From the NCBI GenBank assembly GCA_036172245.1, contig JAYWIR010000003.1, positions 5,952,001 to 6,016,000 of the forward strand: 64,000 nt of DNA, read 5' to 3'. This document shows, in pieces, positions 49,400 through 63,050 of this stretch. A program made the position numbers and the translations under genes. Numbering within the stretch: position 1 is the stretch's first letter; each line of letters starts with the position of its first letter. Below the pieces are notes generated by a model. That model worked only from the letters and a program-made list of their open reading frames with translations. It was not told the DNA's origin and ran no database searches. Origin of the DNA: Raillietiella orientalis (taxonomy: Eukaryota).

Positions 49400-52300
49400 A
49401 ACTCAAGAAAACCCTTCCATCTCTTTAATGCACCCATAGTTGACGCCTCCTGATTGAAAGAGTCCAGTTCAACACTTACACAAAACACGCTAGCGCTTTA
49501 CAAGTTGTACCAAGAGAAGGAGATACATGTCTGGATGTGAGCGTTGCAGTTTATGCGCGAGCATTTTCTTTCTACCCTTTGAGTTAATAGATGGGCTCTG
49601 CGATTCACAAAGAGACTCCAACGGAGACCATCTGCGAGGCAATCTGCAGCCAGATCTCGAGATCCAGGTATTCCTCTCCATGCATTGTGAGTGTGGACAC
49701 ATACGAGAGACGAACAAAGGGAGAGATCTTTCCAGATTTTATGAACGCCTAGGAGAATCGTTTCTGCGACTTCTAAAATCCATGAGTTCCGTCCCATGAA
49801 ATACGTCGAAGTGGTTTCTATGGATACCCAGGGCCTCGTTACCTCATTTACGAGTGGTTACCCGAGTCTTTTGCCGACGCAGCGAATGGGTACTGTTAGA
49901 GGGTGCTGTTCAGCGGTGCGTTCGTTCGACAACACGCCTGCTGAAGAACTAACACCATGTGTCAACTTGAGGACGGCGCATCGCTCCAGAACATACGATC
50001 CTAATATCGCAGACCAATAACAGCGGCTGCGACGATGGGACTCACTTTGAATCCCGCTCCTGAAATCTTCGTGCAGTCTTTCCCGGTTGGGAAATGTCCT
50101 CCTCTATGAGAAGAGCACTTTCAAATCGCATCCTGGGCTGTGATAAAGGCGGCAGCACATCGGAGATGAACAGGAAGGCCAGAATTAAAATCCGGCTCAC
50201 CAGCAGCTTTTGGTACTAGGAATCAGAAGAACTCAGAGCATCTCTTAGACAGTCGAGTTCCAGGCATCGTACAGTGTGTCCGAAAGAGCGTATCCTCTGA
50301 GGGCATTCCGGAGGTGAGCAGCCTGTAACTACCAAGAATTGCCGAATCCTCTGCTCGGAACATCCCGGTTCCCCTCATCCCGGATACAAATCCCCGAATC
50401 AAACGGCGCGACACGCCTTCCTCTTGTGGAGCCCGCATGGGAGCATTTTCGACAGGGACATGAACGTCTCTGCATGAGACAAGCCTTCGGCGAGAGCATT
50501 CCGTGAGAGCGCAGGAAACATCTTCGAGGGTGAAGGTGACTCCACGAATCCTTCGCCATTCGGTGCGCGGTGAGCTTTCTATCCTTGAAAGCAGAGGAGG
50601 AGAAAGAAATTTCATCGAATTCGCCTGCAGCTCACGAAGCCAGAATAAATGACCAAGTGCTCTTTGCACTTGGACCGGGCAAAAGAAGAGGAATCGACCC
50701 GGGAAGCTGTACCAGAAAATCGAGAGCAAAGCGAAGCTCCAGGAATTTTCTAGGCGGCAGGCTCCATTTTCAAAAATCTGAGCCGAGAAGCCTTGGCAGG
50801 GGGGAGCTCTTCAGTTGCCGGAGAACATTCGTGGCATGCTAGCGACGCAGTCTCCAAGAGTACAGGCAACAAGGATTCTGATTGGACCACTGTACAAATA
50901 GGGAATTCAAAAGCTGTGCCGAACCGGCAGAAGAAGAGCGATGGCAGGAACATCTCGTTCGGAGGATAGCTGCAGAGTTCTTTTCCCATGGAATGAATGC
51001 TTTTGAAACCACCAAAGACAGGTTGCTGATGAACGGAGATGTGATAGAGGAGCGGTCAGCTCCACATCACCGACAGAGTCCACGCCATTCATCGCGGATG
51101 AAGGCTTGCGATTCTGCGCAGAGTGGAGAATTTCTCTCCTGCCTTTGATAGAATCAATCCTAGTGGTTGGGAGGTCCGGAGCTCCTGCGGGAGACACCTC
51201 CGTATCTTTGACATTAGTCCACGGATGAGGGGAGTCCCCGCGATAGTGGAAACTGTCCATGGCCATTTTTCTCCCGAAATCCTCTTTGACTTCGAAAAAT
51301 ATCAATCTGGATGCAGATTTCCATCGTCGACTGCTCATGTCGTTTGTCTGTTTCTCAGCTCCGTGAAGGACTATCGACAGCAGAGTCATTCGTCAGAAAG
51401 GATGCTTGCCTTTCGGCAGGATCCTCAAACGAGATCTTGCCCAGCAGACGAGAATAGATGGCATCTGGGGGGGATTACGAGATATTCTTAGTGCTCTTAT
51501 TGATCTGGCGAACACGTTTGAGGTGGCGTCCCATGAGGAACTGCATGGTGCTTCGGATAAAGATAAATCGAGAAAAGCCTTTTTGGAGACTTCTTCAGAG
51601 ATCTACACATGGATCGCGTCTACTTCCACAGAATTTGATATCCTGTCTTTCAGAAGTATCGAAATTCTCCGGGGAGTCCAGCAGGAAGTGTCTTTTTGAA
51701 TCCCTGCTATTTGCCATATCCATCAAACCGGTACTACGCCGACTGAGAGAACCCTTTAGAGGGAGGCCTTTCTTGACTTACGCGAACTTCCAATAGGAAA
51801 TTCTTCCACCAGGACTACTATTGTAGTCTTGATGGAAGAATCGGAAGGCTCTTTGAGATTCCCACTATCGTGCTGGACGATCTGGAGACAAAGAACTGGA
51901 CTCTCTCCTAGCACGGACGAGCACAGCACTTCCCTTCCCTTCTCTGCGCGAAAGCCGAGACAGGCGATCACCTTCCGAAGGACACCTTTACATGCAAGAG
52001 AGGACCTGGAAAAGCCATTCAGAGCGGCTTTATCCCGGGTCGGCCGGCCGGCAAAGACTTGCTTCTTGCGGAGCAAACTCGAAAAAATCCCTTACGAGGA
52101 GGGAAGCGTTCGGATGCTCTGCTTGGCGGAAACTGAACTATATGGATGCCGCAGCCTCGTGCGTTATGAGAATCACAGGCTTGGCGTCCGGACGAAAGCC
52201 GCTTGGTCCTATGTACATAATAAGATGCGATGAATCCTCAAAAAGGGCCTACATCTTGCAGGCAGAGCGGAAGATGGTATCATCGTGGTGACCTCTCTAG

Positions 52301-53200
52301 GTTGTCTCTTGGCCTGAGGAGCCGACCTAATCAAACCAAAACTCGCCGCCGAGTTACAAACATCCACGGATCAAGCAATTTTGGAGCTTTTTCGGGCAAC
52401 TTTTGAGTGCTGCGGTGACCAAAAGAATTCAATCCTCACCTGAGAAATTAGACTCGCGGAAGTTCATGTCTGGCACCTGGGTGGTACTTTATCCGGATTC
52501 CCATCATCACAATCAGGTGCAACGAATAGTGGAACGAGCAAGTCCCGAAATGGTGTCTGGGATGTTGTTACATTTGAACCAAATTCGTGACTACCCGTAA
52601 GGTCCAGATCAGGGAGGTATAGCACTCCTTTATCGATAGACCGCGATCAGGGGAAGTCTTGTGTGGAGCCGCTCATCCGGTCAGATTCTGCATCGCCGTG
52701 TACGTGCAGCAATAAGGATCATCATTGCAGAAGATGTCATGCGGAAGGAGGCAGTGCAGAGGATTCTTAACCCTCGAACGAGAAGTTCTAGTTTTGTCGT
52801 TAGGAAAAGACACAACGGTCTGGTGAGACAAGCCAAAGAGTCGCTCGGGAACGGTGAGACAGTTTGGTGAGTCCTGGAGGCTGGTTGGTAGCCAGACTAT
52901 CCCGAGAGTCATCTCGAAAGTTCCGTCTGATCTTCGGTACTCTGATCGGATCACCGTCCTCGGTGTTCGCTATCGCCTCTCGAACTCGGAGATGGCACGA
53001 CAAAGGGGGCAACTATTGCCTTTCCTTCTCCCTCCCTCCGGAGGAGTGCTGACATCGCTTCCGGAGTCATCGGCCGGTTCCTCGAGGCGACCCTGTCTTA
53101 AGAGAACTCGAGATCCTCGGCATGCCTGCAGAGTGAACGAAGCGCTCTATGGTGCGGTCCAAGTCTAACGGCACAGCCGAGACGTCTACAGTACGTGGGC
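49400..53200 (+). mobile_element. Degenerate NeSL-like non-LTR retrotransposon (RT to RLE)
   Basis: ALIDLANTFEVASHE (~WLDLxNAFGSVPH), IEILRGVQQ (~RGVKQG), SLLFAISIKPVLRRL and LTYAN (~LAYADD) at 51490-51790; RILN..RKRHNGLV and SQTIP...PSDL at 52750-52940. Confidence 0.8.
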
Positions 53201-53599
53201 CTTCCGCGTCACCAGTAGTTCCCACTGGGTGTAGGCCGTTCTCCTAGATCGAATGGATGGCTTGGGAGAGCAGCAGTGGAAAGTCATCCAGGAACATGCA
53301 CTCCGGGCTTTGAAAAGCATTTTTCAAACGGCGTACCGGAAACTTCCGTTTCCGATCAAAGAAGAGCCTGGTTGCCGGTAGGCAGTCGCAGTCATACTCT
53401 CCCGGGAAGGTCACATTTCCGTTGCTCGTTTTTCCATCTGCGCGTTCTAGAAACTTCATCTCACAAAATGCCAGCAAATCTTTCGAATCCCGGATTAGAA
53501 ATGGTTTCGCAATTTTCAGGACAGAACCAATGATGTGCTTATCCCGGAGGGAACCATGCTGGTTCCTTTGACTGAGCAGGGTAGCAGAATTCTCTCTTT

Positions 53600-56500
53600 G
53601 CTGTTGCTCTGAAAGGAGAGAAACTCTTAGAGCGCGCGTCTTCCCCTCCTCTCAGCTCAAAGTTCTTCTATGATAAGGTGTGTTGATGAACCTCCGTGGC
53701 AGCCCGACGCATGCGGTTCCACTTCCCGCCAGGAAACTCTGCATGGCGGTTCTCGTAGCCAGAGAAACACGCAGTGCTCTCAGACACATGCGGCGTATCC
53801 TCACCGGAAGGAACAAGGAACTCTTGCACTTTCACTCTTACCGAAGAGATGCGAGCGAACTTGCTGATGAAACGCCCGGGAGATCCAGGAATTCGATTGG
53901 TGCATCCATACGGAAGAGCGGAAGCTTCCGGATCATGATGGTCGGATCGAGGGCACTCGCAAGTTGTTTCTTTCTTTCGGTCTCTTAGGGAAACAGGAGG
54001 AGAATACGCAATGATGCTCTTGAAACCCTGGCTCGAACCGCTTGTCAGGTGATGCTGCACCCGGAGTCAAGAGCCAAATTACTACTCATCTGGTTCGGAT
54101 CTTAAGCGGAGAAGGGTCAACTGGGCTTGCGGACTTCGCGAGCTGCATCGGTTCACGAAGCAGAGGGCCATTGCAGTGGTCACCGGCATCTTCCCTCCCA
54201 GTAGAGAAACCATCCTTTCCAGAAGAAAAGAAAATCTCATCTCGAGAAAGCAGGATTCAAGATGCAAGAGGAGCGCTTAGTTGATCCGGTCATCCTAAAA
54301 GAGAAATGATGAACATGGAGTGTTGCCATCTCGAGATTGGCCACGTCCTCGATTGGAACGAACACGCCGGCAAAGTGTTCCTTCCACTCTTCCTAAACAC
54401 CCTCCGGAGGCATCCGAGGGTTGCTTCATCATCCTCTTTGCTTTTTTTTTCATTGATGTTTCATCCCGTGTCGAGACCGGGACAAATCCTTCACTACTTC
54501 GAGCTGCATTTCTCGTGCACGATCTGGTCGACGCGAAGATCCCTGCTGCTCTTCCGTTAGCTCTTCGCTTGCCTCTCCTTGATTTCACCAGTGCTTCCAT
54601 AAGGAAGACCACGGCCAGTCGCAGGTCGAAATCTTCCCTTTGAGAAGGGAGGATGTCGTTTCCGATTGCCACTTGCTCGGGTTATGAGCGTGGAGGTTCC
54701 TCTTCTCATGGAGCACCAGGAGTTCTCCTGCCTCCGCGTTTTTCGCAGCACGCTGGAATCCCCGCCGTTGCCAGCCAACGGGGTGCAACGCTCCATCTCG
54801 CGAGAAGCCTCCAAGGGGAGCGCGGCCTCCTCGCCTGCTTCTCCCTGGACGGGGACCTCTGCGAAGAGGGACCCACTGAGTCCCCTTGCGATCCCATTCC
54901 CTTCGTCAGCGAGCGGCCGCCCATTCGGCAATTCCCGTCTTCCAGGAAAGGAGAAATCTCTCAGGGACGATTCGAAGCCTCCCCATCAGGGGATACATCT
55001 GAACTCAAGGATGTCATTACGCCCAAACTGTTCCTGGAGAAGCTCCGTTGGTCCGGCTCCTTTCGGGTTCCAGGTCGCTTTCACTGCACTGCGCGTTTGG
55101 GGACCGTTTTGGGGGCGCAACGGAGGGCGCGGGCTACGATTATGGGACGGAAGAACGAGAGGAACGAGCCACAAACGGACGCGTAAACATGCACGGGATG
55201 ATTGTGTTTCCGGGATGGGAGGTGCAAATTGGCGTCGTGGGATGCGGAGGTTCGTCTCCGACGTCGACTCCACTCCGCTGAAACGCCTCACAGGAGCGCT
55301 TCTCGCCCCGGCTTCGCTTCCCGGCAAAGCCCCGGAAGGAGGGGGCCGAAATGACCGACTCGTGAGTTCTTGGACGGGTCCGAACTGGCCGAGTCTGCGC
55401 TCCGAGCCAACGGCAGATGGCTTTCATGGAAATCAGGACGCCGGCACGCGGGGCGTCGAAGAGCGCTGTTGGTTCGCCGTCGTCACCGTGTCTGGAATTC
55501 CAGGAGAAGGCAAAGGGTACATGGCTGACTGCTCCTTCCCTTCTGGAGTACTGCAGAAGGAAAGCTGGAATTCAAAGCGTGCAGTCTTATTGCAAGTTTT
55601 GGATTTTTCCGTTAGGAGGAGGTTGCTGACAGAACGAGGCAATTTATAGCCCTTGATCGTCTGGAATGCCCCGAAGGAGGCACCGTGCTCCACTGCTCGG
55701 GCATGCGGGCCTAACACCTGTAACTGCTGCGCTATCGATTTTCGTGATTTGTACCGGATGAGGGGGACGCGGATGGACGGTGATGTTAGAGAAACTGAGG
55801 GTGTTTGGATCGATCGAGTAGCCGGCATTTTTCGGGATTTTTTTCAGTGATCGCTGTGGGGACTTTAAGGAACCCACCGTGAGTGCTCCTCCTGACAGGG
55901 ATGCTGCATTTACTTCAGCTGTCTGATTCTAAGTTATCCCTACTGAATAGGCCATTATTTTCATTGCCACACACTACATACACACATCACAACAGGATGA
56001 CGTTACGCTCATCCCACTTGAAACGGCAACGTGCGCCAGACATGGCTCTCCCAATGTAGGTGCTCCCTGGCACGAAAGCAAAGAACGCGCCTGGAATCGG
56101 TCGTCGCGGTTCCTGGACAAGTGAGCAGGAGTGTCCACTAACGGAAGTTCCATCATCTGCAGTGGACAAAAAAAAATGGTGTGTTGCTATTTGTCTTGTG
56201 ATTCTCAAGCCACGGTGACTGGAATTCTTCTAAGCTGCAACCTCGTAGGACGAAACAGCAGCAATTGGCTGTGCACAATACAAGAGAACGACTGCACTCT
56301 TGAAGAGGAGATCTAGCGAAGATAATTGGGATGTGGTGCATCTGCTTCGTGAAGGATTTCCTCTGGAGCTGTTGGTTTACGTACTACGTACCTCACTGCT
56401 TGAAATCCATCTGGTCGGTTTCTCGTGGACCTTGGAGAGCGTGTTATATTGCGAGAAGCGAATCGAGCGATGTTCAAATGACTGCGAGAGAGATGTGGGT

Positions 56501-57250
56501 TTGTTCGGTTGGTTAGTGGATACCGTGGGAGGCAGAGAAAAATTGATCGACTGGAATGTTGGTGATGTCTCATTGATTTTGCAGAAACTTGGATCATAAG
56601 ATGTGAGCTGGAGAAGAGCAGCCGAGACATGGCAGGCAGCAAACTTATTGGCGGTCCATTTTGTCGACACTTGCTTGCAGGAGAGCTGTCTGTTTCATAA
56701 GAATCACGCCGACTCTGCTTAGCATGGGAAGAGACCAGCTGCCTCAGATATTGAACCACCGCATGAGGCGTTCTCTGCTATGCACAGCTGGAATAAATGC
56801 CAAGTCGGAAGGCTATCAGCAGCGGCAAAGGATGCCACATGATGGAGGCTGGTGTCCTCCAACAAGACTGTGCCTGGATGCGACTCCAGGCTAAGACCGG
56901 ATCTGGTACTGCAGAAGGCGAATCGGATGTATACCTTCGAAGTCACCTGTCCCTTCGAAAACAAGGACGAGGATCAAAAGAAGAAAAGAAGCACTAGGAG
57001 ATTGCCTTGCGGTTTACGAGAAAAGGTCCATAGATTTATCGTAGGTGCACTAGGATCGTGGGACCCTTGGAAGAATGGAGTCATCCGTGAATGGAATATC
57101 CCGAAGCGGTATGCGGACACAATGAAGCACTTGATGGTGGTCTCGTGCATCCAATACGGTGGGGACATCTGCTGGACGCACCTCCAGATGCGACATCCTT
57201 CAGATGACGCCATCCGTCAGCAACAAGGAGCAGTGGAAGAAGAGGAATAG
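53600..57250 (+). mobile_element. Degenerate NeSL/Utopia-like (R2 superfamily) non-LTR retrotransposon with the best-preserved RLE endonuclease, at 56852-57250
   Basis: NKTVPGCDSRLRPDLVL...FEVTCPFEN...FIVGALGSWDP...IPKRY..TMKHLMVVSCIQYGGDICWTH matches the RLE C-terminus. Upstream remnants: LPQILNH (zinc knuckle, ~56740), VRQ (~56030), VWID (~55800), NWP (~55385). Frameshifted and internally deleted; 5' limit approximate. Confidence 0.85.
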
Positions 57251-57349
57251 TCCCTCTTTGAGCATGAGATGAATCGGAGTAAAGGTTGAAACGTGTGTGG
57301 GTCAACAGTAGATCCAGTCGTGGAGAACGAGTTCTAGAGTAGGGATCAT

Positions 57350-60300
57350 GGCCCCAACTTGTCGAGGAGTGATAACTTGGCTCTCTTTTCGCATCAGCTG
57401 CACGCGGACAACGAATAACTCCCTTTTCGACCAGCGGATCCAGGACAAGTGTTCTGCGAACGGCAGCAGTTAGGATGCGCGTGTCACCTCATTAGGATCA
57501 CAGGGTCCGAGGTTTCGGATTCATATTTGAACCTCGGAACTCGAAATTGGCATCAATGGGAGGTGGAATAGCAAGTCGTGAGATAGGCAGGCGGGCTCAC
57601 AGTGGCTCTGGTGAAGAGGACCGAACAAAAGGATAGAGTCAGAGGAGGAATAGGGAACGGAATCTTTTTTCGGACTCTGACCGGAAGGCACATCAGAATG
57701 GGAACCAAACATCGAAGTTGCCGATTGTGAAAGATTTCGGTAGCCAAAGGCCATTTGCTCCAGAGAACAGTTGCAGTCTCTTCCTAAAATGAAGAACGGA
57801 AAGGACAGTTTTAAAGCTTTAACGAGCAGATTGGCCGGCAGCGGAAAAGTAATGGAAGAGGGATTGCCAGAAATGAGTAGGAAGTCCTTGCAAGTGCATC
57901 ACTGAATTGAATGATCGATGGAGATTGCCGTGCCGTATATCTTAAAGCTGCGCAGCTTAAGAGCGACTCTGAAAACGCTGCTCACTCGGTTTCCAGAGAA
58001 ACGAGTGAGCCATACGATCTTGAATTTCGATGTGAAAAACGAACGTGATCTCTGTCTGAAATCTGTGCAGATAGAAAAACACTCTGTGGATAACTTTTAT
58101 CTCGAAGGAATGCGATTGGATACATTAAATCAGGGTGGGTGTACGTGAGGAGGCTTGAATTGAGGAGAATGAGAAGGGAGGCGATACTGCTTCAGCGAAA
58201 AAACACTTGGATCACCTGTTCTTTGCTTCTTAATACTTGGAAATAGATATCACAGAACGTGCTTAAGATGCATCGTAAAAGATGTAGCGAATCAAGACAA
58301 ACTATGGAGATATTCTTCCAGTGGGGCATCGAAACGGGGAGTAATGCGGCGTGTGCGTTCAAAATACGAGTTTCCCGTGTTGTCAGACTGCTTGTTATAT
58401 TCCTGGATGACGTCATTTATCCGTCGACTCCAAGCCTCCTGGAACGGCCGAATCTCCGGCTCGTTGGGCTATTTATTTTCCCTGTGCAAACCAAGGAATC
58501 TTTTTATTGCAAGACGGGATAAATAGCAAAGGCTGGAGCTTAGGACAAAGAGGGGACGGGATCCCTGTGTCTGGATGCTTTGCGATCGTCTGCTCATAGC
58601 GCTTCGTGTGCATACAGGTTGTCTTCTATGATGGTGTCGGGGAAGCATGAGTAGAATGGGATCGCAGCTGCACAGTGTTTGAGAAACAAATCAAGGACGA
58701 GGTTCCCTTTGGAACACTGGCAAGATCCAAGTGAAGATATGCACTCTTCAACACGGATCACCGTGTTTAAGCCACATGCATACTTGCAATACAAGGCAAG
58801 TGAATGATTCAAGCATTTAATCAAAGATTTGATGCTCGATTCTCCGAAGAAGCCAAAAAAATATTTATTTTACACGAAAACCGAGACTGCTCCTTTGAAA
58901 ACATTTTCATGGATGTTCAGCTTGATTTCCGTGGCACCTCAGTGTTGCAGACCTCATGCCGCCTTTCAAACAGGTTGCTTATTTCTGTAAACTGGGAATG
59001 CGTCCGGCAAACCTGTCGAAGTCTCTGGAGGCATGTCTGCACGCATTTCTTGGAGAAGCTGAAAGATGGACATTTTCCATAATTCATTCGAAGAATTTTC
59101 CAGCGTTCTTTCACTCGATCTCCTGCCTCTTAAAAGACTCGAAGTATCGATTCTCTTGGAGCATCTCCGCAATGATCCACAGCAGGAAACGTACTCTTTC
59201 GTATTCTTCCAAGAGAAACAGCCCTCAAGTTCATTTTTTTCTCGCATTTCCACATGATGGGAGATCAGATCCCAAAGATTTTTGTTTGCACATCACCTTC
59301 TGCTCAATTGCACCACAGACATTTCTTTCAGCAACAACCGACTTTTGTTTTTCAAATGCATCGAATTTTTTTCTTCACGGATTGATGTGATGCCATTGTG
59401 TGCTGTGTGGCCCTCGATCCAAAACGTAGGCAAAACAGGTGATCTTTGCTCATGAGAAAATCTTTACATCACCTGACAGCAAGAGCGCTCTCGCCAGTTT
59501 TCTGTCCTCAGGAACAGGAGGACTTTCCCCAGGCCCAGCAATCCTTGCAAGGGCCTCATCTCTTAATAGCCGACGCAGCTGCTTGAACAGGAAGTGCTCG
59601 ACGTCAGTCTTTTGATCTCATGGGTCGCAGATCCTCGGTGGATTTCGTGAGAAGCAAGAGACTGATCCGTCATCTTGGTGAGCTGTGTGCTCTCCTTCCG
59701 ATAATTTTGTCTTGTAGAAAACAGTCCTCAATCTAATCTTCGATTTCTCGAGAAGCGATGCTGCATTTGCAATGCTTAGAATACACTGCAAACACAGAGT
59801 CACCTCTTATCATGGGTATGCGTCATTTACACGAATATTCATGCACTTCACGTCTTGGAGCGTACTCGGCCATTGTACGAAACGTTTCTTCTCCAGTTAA
59901 TCGGAAGCTCCTCTCCGAAGGACAGACGTTCTCCGATCACAATCTCCATGACATCTGCCACAGTGCACGCAGCCGTTCCCATTCTTCTGCAGGTTCTGTC
60001 TTCTTGGTCTCTTGGAGAGAAAATCACTCTATTAATCATGTTTGCAGGTCTTCGAGCTATCTATCAAGATGGTCTTTCATTGTGCTGTTCGGACTTTATC
60101 TCCTTTTCTCACTGAATCACTTTCAAGGATGAAGAGTTCACTTTGTTCGGGATTTCGCAGAGCGAGCGCAGATATTTAGGCAGTTAATTTTTCCGCTCCA
60201 TAAAACGAAAGTTTGTTCATGATCCACAGTTTCAAGTGATCCATATGCGTCTCTAAACGTGAAAACGCTCGCCGAACTCACAGGCTGCTTCCTGGGAAGT

Positions 60301-61000
60301 TCGTCAGTTTTGTCCCCTCCGGGACACGTGCATTTCCATATTTCCGAACCTGGATTTCCGAAAAATGAGGATCCGTGGGTCAAGGATTGCTCCTGGACCC
60401 GTTCCGGCAGCGGCTTCTTTCGATTTATTTCAGCGTTTCCTTGCATCGCCGTTTCCTTATTCACGCATCTGTCCGACCACTGACTTTGGCACCAATGCCG
60501 GAAGTGAACTCGCAGTTCAGAGCATCCCGGTGCACGCTGCGATTCGAATGGGGACTTCCTTCAAATTGTTCCGTCTACATCTGGCGCTGGCGGATGCCAT
60601 GAGATGGGAATCGATTCACGAAGCCGCTTGCTAGCCGGTGCTCACCGGAATCCACACGTGAGGCACTTGCTGTGGTCGAGAATCACCTTCCGACAGACCA
60701 GCTTCGAAGATGGAACTGTCCTGGTGGTGGTGTCTGCACGTGTGTGGTGTGCTTGGATCCGAGAGTGACGTCTCGTGTTGATTGCCGGTGCACCGAGGTG
60801 CACCTAGGAAGAGGTCCAGCAAACAGGTTGCGCTTGGCGAACGGTCTTCCGAGGACCGTACTCTCGTCTGTCATCATCTTTCTGAGATCAATGATCCCAA
60901 GATCCTTTGTGTTCGAAATCAAGCACCTCCGCGAGCAGATGAATGGGTCACTCATGCATCAAAAGCACCGATGGTCAGGAACATGGCTACTTCATCAGAC
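57350..61000 (-). mobile_element. Degenerate NeSL-like retrotransposon
   Basis: AKRNLFAGP (~NTAPGPD, ~60820), FRDAYGS...DH (~AFGSVxH, ~60240) and ILMCLPV (~LNCLP, ~57690). Tail-to-tail with the 53.6-57.25 kb copy. Confidence 0.5.
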
Positions 61001-62149
61001 CAGCCTTTAACGATGCCACTTTAACAGCAAAAGTTTTTTTTTTTTTTTTGAAAAAAAAAAAAAAAGAAAACAACCTGGCAGTCTTTTATTACCGGAGGTA
61101 ATGAAAAATTCCACAAGGAGTGCTGGGATGATGTACGGAGAGATATTTGCAATTCCTTTTTGTCATGTCACCGCAGGGTTCTTCGGACAAAGGCTTGGAT
61201 GGATAAATTACCTGACGGAACAAATTTCCAGTGACCGTCCGTACGATCAAGAGAGCAAGCGATTGCGTACGTACGGTTATCTGCGAACACTCTCGAACGG
61301 AAATTTGCTAACGTTACATTCCCCAACTCGTTCTCAGTGGATTAGGCCAAGATTTCAAGCTCTTGAATGGCAGGTTGATGGTGATGATGATTCCAGACAG
61401 GAGCAAAAGCCATGGTTTCTTTGGAACAGATGGAAATATGAGGACACTCCTAAGGAACACCGTCTGCCCGAATTCTCTGCCTTGCAGTTTTGGAATTTTG
61501 CCTGAATTTCTGAGAGCCATCCGTTCTCGAGACAGACGTCTCGAGAAGTTTTGCAAATGAGATGGAACTTTCTTGCGGCAGGAAGGCTCCGATGGTGGTG
61601 ATTTTCATTATCATTTCCCAGCTCATTTCCCAGGAAGAGCGAGATCCCTTCAGGCATGTAAAAGATCAACACGAAGATGGCAAAAGCTTTCGCAAGTGCG
61701 CGAATTCGTGGATAAATCCAAAACAGGCAGCGGAAGCCCCGAATGTTCTCGTCATGAGGGAGACCAGCATCCTGAAGGGAGCGATTCTGGAGCGTTCGGT
61801 GGATAGACAAGAAATCCTACGACGTGTAACACTGCATTGCACTTATCTAAGCCGGGGGGGGGGCTCTCTCTACTCCCAAGTGCACTCCTGCAGTGCTGCA
61901 ACTCGTGTTTCAATGGGGGTGACAGAGATGGTTCGGTGCCATAGTGAGCAGCATCCTTGAAGCTATTGCTCTGCATGCATCTGCAAAATGTGTGATTGAT
62001 AATGACGGTTGTTTAATGTCAATCTTTCGAGAGAAAAAAAAAAAAAGAGAGAGAGAAGAGGAGGAAACCATGGCTGTAGAACTTAAAGCATCACCCAGAA
62101 AGCGCGCAGAGGATTTTGGTCTCAAAGTTGACGGAATTTCCAGATGAGC

Positions 62150-63050
62150 ATTTCAATGCCATTTCTTCTCGTTCCCCAAACAGAACGAAAAAACAGCCAA
62201 GCGAAGGCACTTCTGCAATTGAACTTCTTAGGCATAGGTTCTAACGCATTCACAGAGACTTCCAGCCATGATAAATAGCCATGATTCCAGAATGCTCTTT
62301 CATAGGAATAGTTGATCCAACATTTCGACTCGTCCGTATTGAGGGACCTCTGGGAAAAGGGAATTGGCCATTTTTTGGCCATTTTTTTTCCAATGGTGAC
62401 AAAGATTTGTATAGGCAATTATTTATAAGTGTGCCGCCCGACGCTGTACAATGGACTATGAAATTGAACTGAGGTGTCTCTTCTCCGTAACAGATGATGA
62501 TGAAATTTTCGTGAAATCAGTACCATCTCTGTGCCATCGGAGTTACCGTGATCGACTGACACCATCGATTTGAAGAGTCTGCTCGTGGAGATGGATCAGA
62601 ACGTCAGTTTCAGATGTCTGCGTACAAGCTCCAACCGTCTCCCTGCTGCGTCGCAGGGAATGATGAGCTTTGTGAAGTTTCAAGGCTACACGTCTCCATT
62701 GGTGCTCGTCTTTGTGCCGGTGGCACGAAGGCTCATCTCCACGCCGTTCTGTAACCATGGGAGATGCTGCCGAAACACCATCGCTGCACTGCAGAGTTTA
62801 CTCGAGCACTTGACGCCAAATTGCGACCACTCTCTTGCACGCCCTTTGCCTCGGTTCGATCTGAGCCCACGTCAAGCTCAGCTTCTGAAGCCGGGAGCTG
62901 TCACTCCGGAAGAGTGGCAAAGAGTTCACGTTCTGAACGCACTCGGGTGTCTTCTTCGTTCTGCCAGCACGCAATGGCGTGACAAGGAATACGGACGCAT
63001 AGCGACAAGAGCGTGGATATCAATTGCATCCTGAGTTAATTAACTCGGTC
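62150..63050 (-). mobile_element. 3' part (zinc knuckle/RLE) of a further degenerate copy
   Basis: NSLPL, ACKR, MVTERR (~ITxRH) and D.TV.P-like remnants in order on the minus strand. Confidence 0.45.

Noticed and set aside
46861..55649. 326-aa (46861-47841) and 327-aa (54666-55649) ORFs as host genes
   Set aside because: They lie within decayed retroelement copies and carry only fragmentary RT-like motifs.
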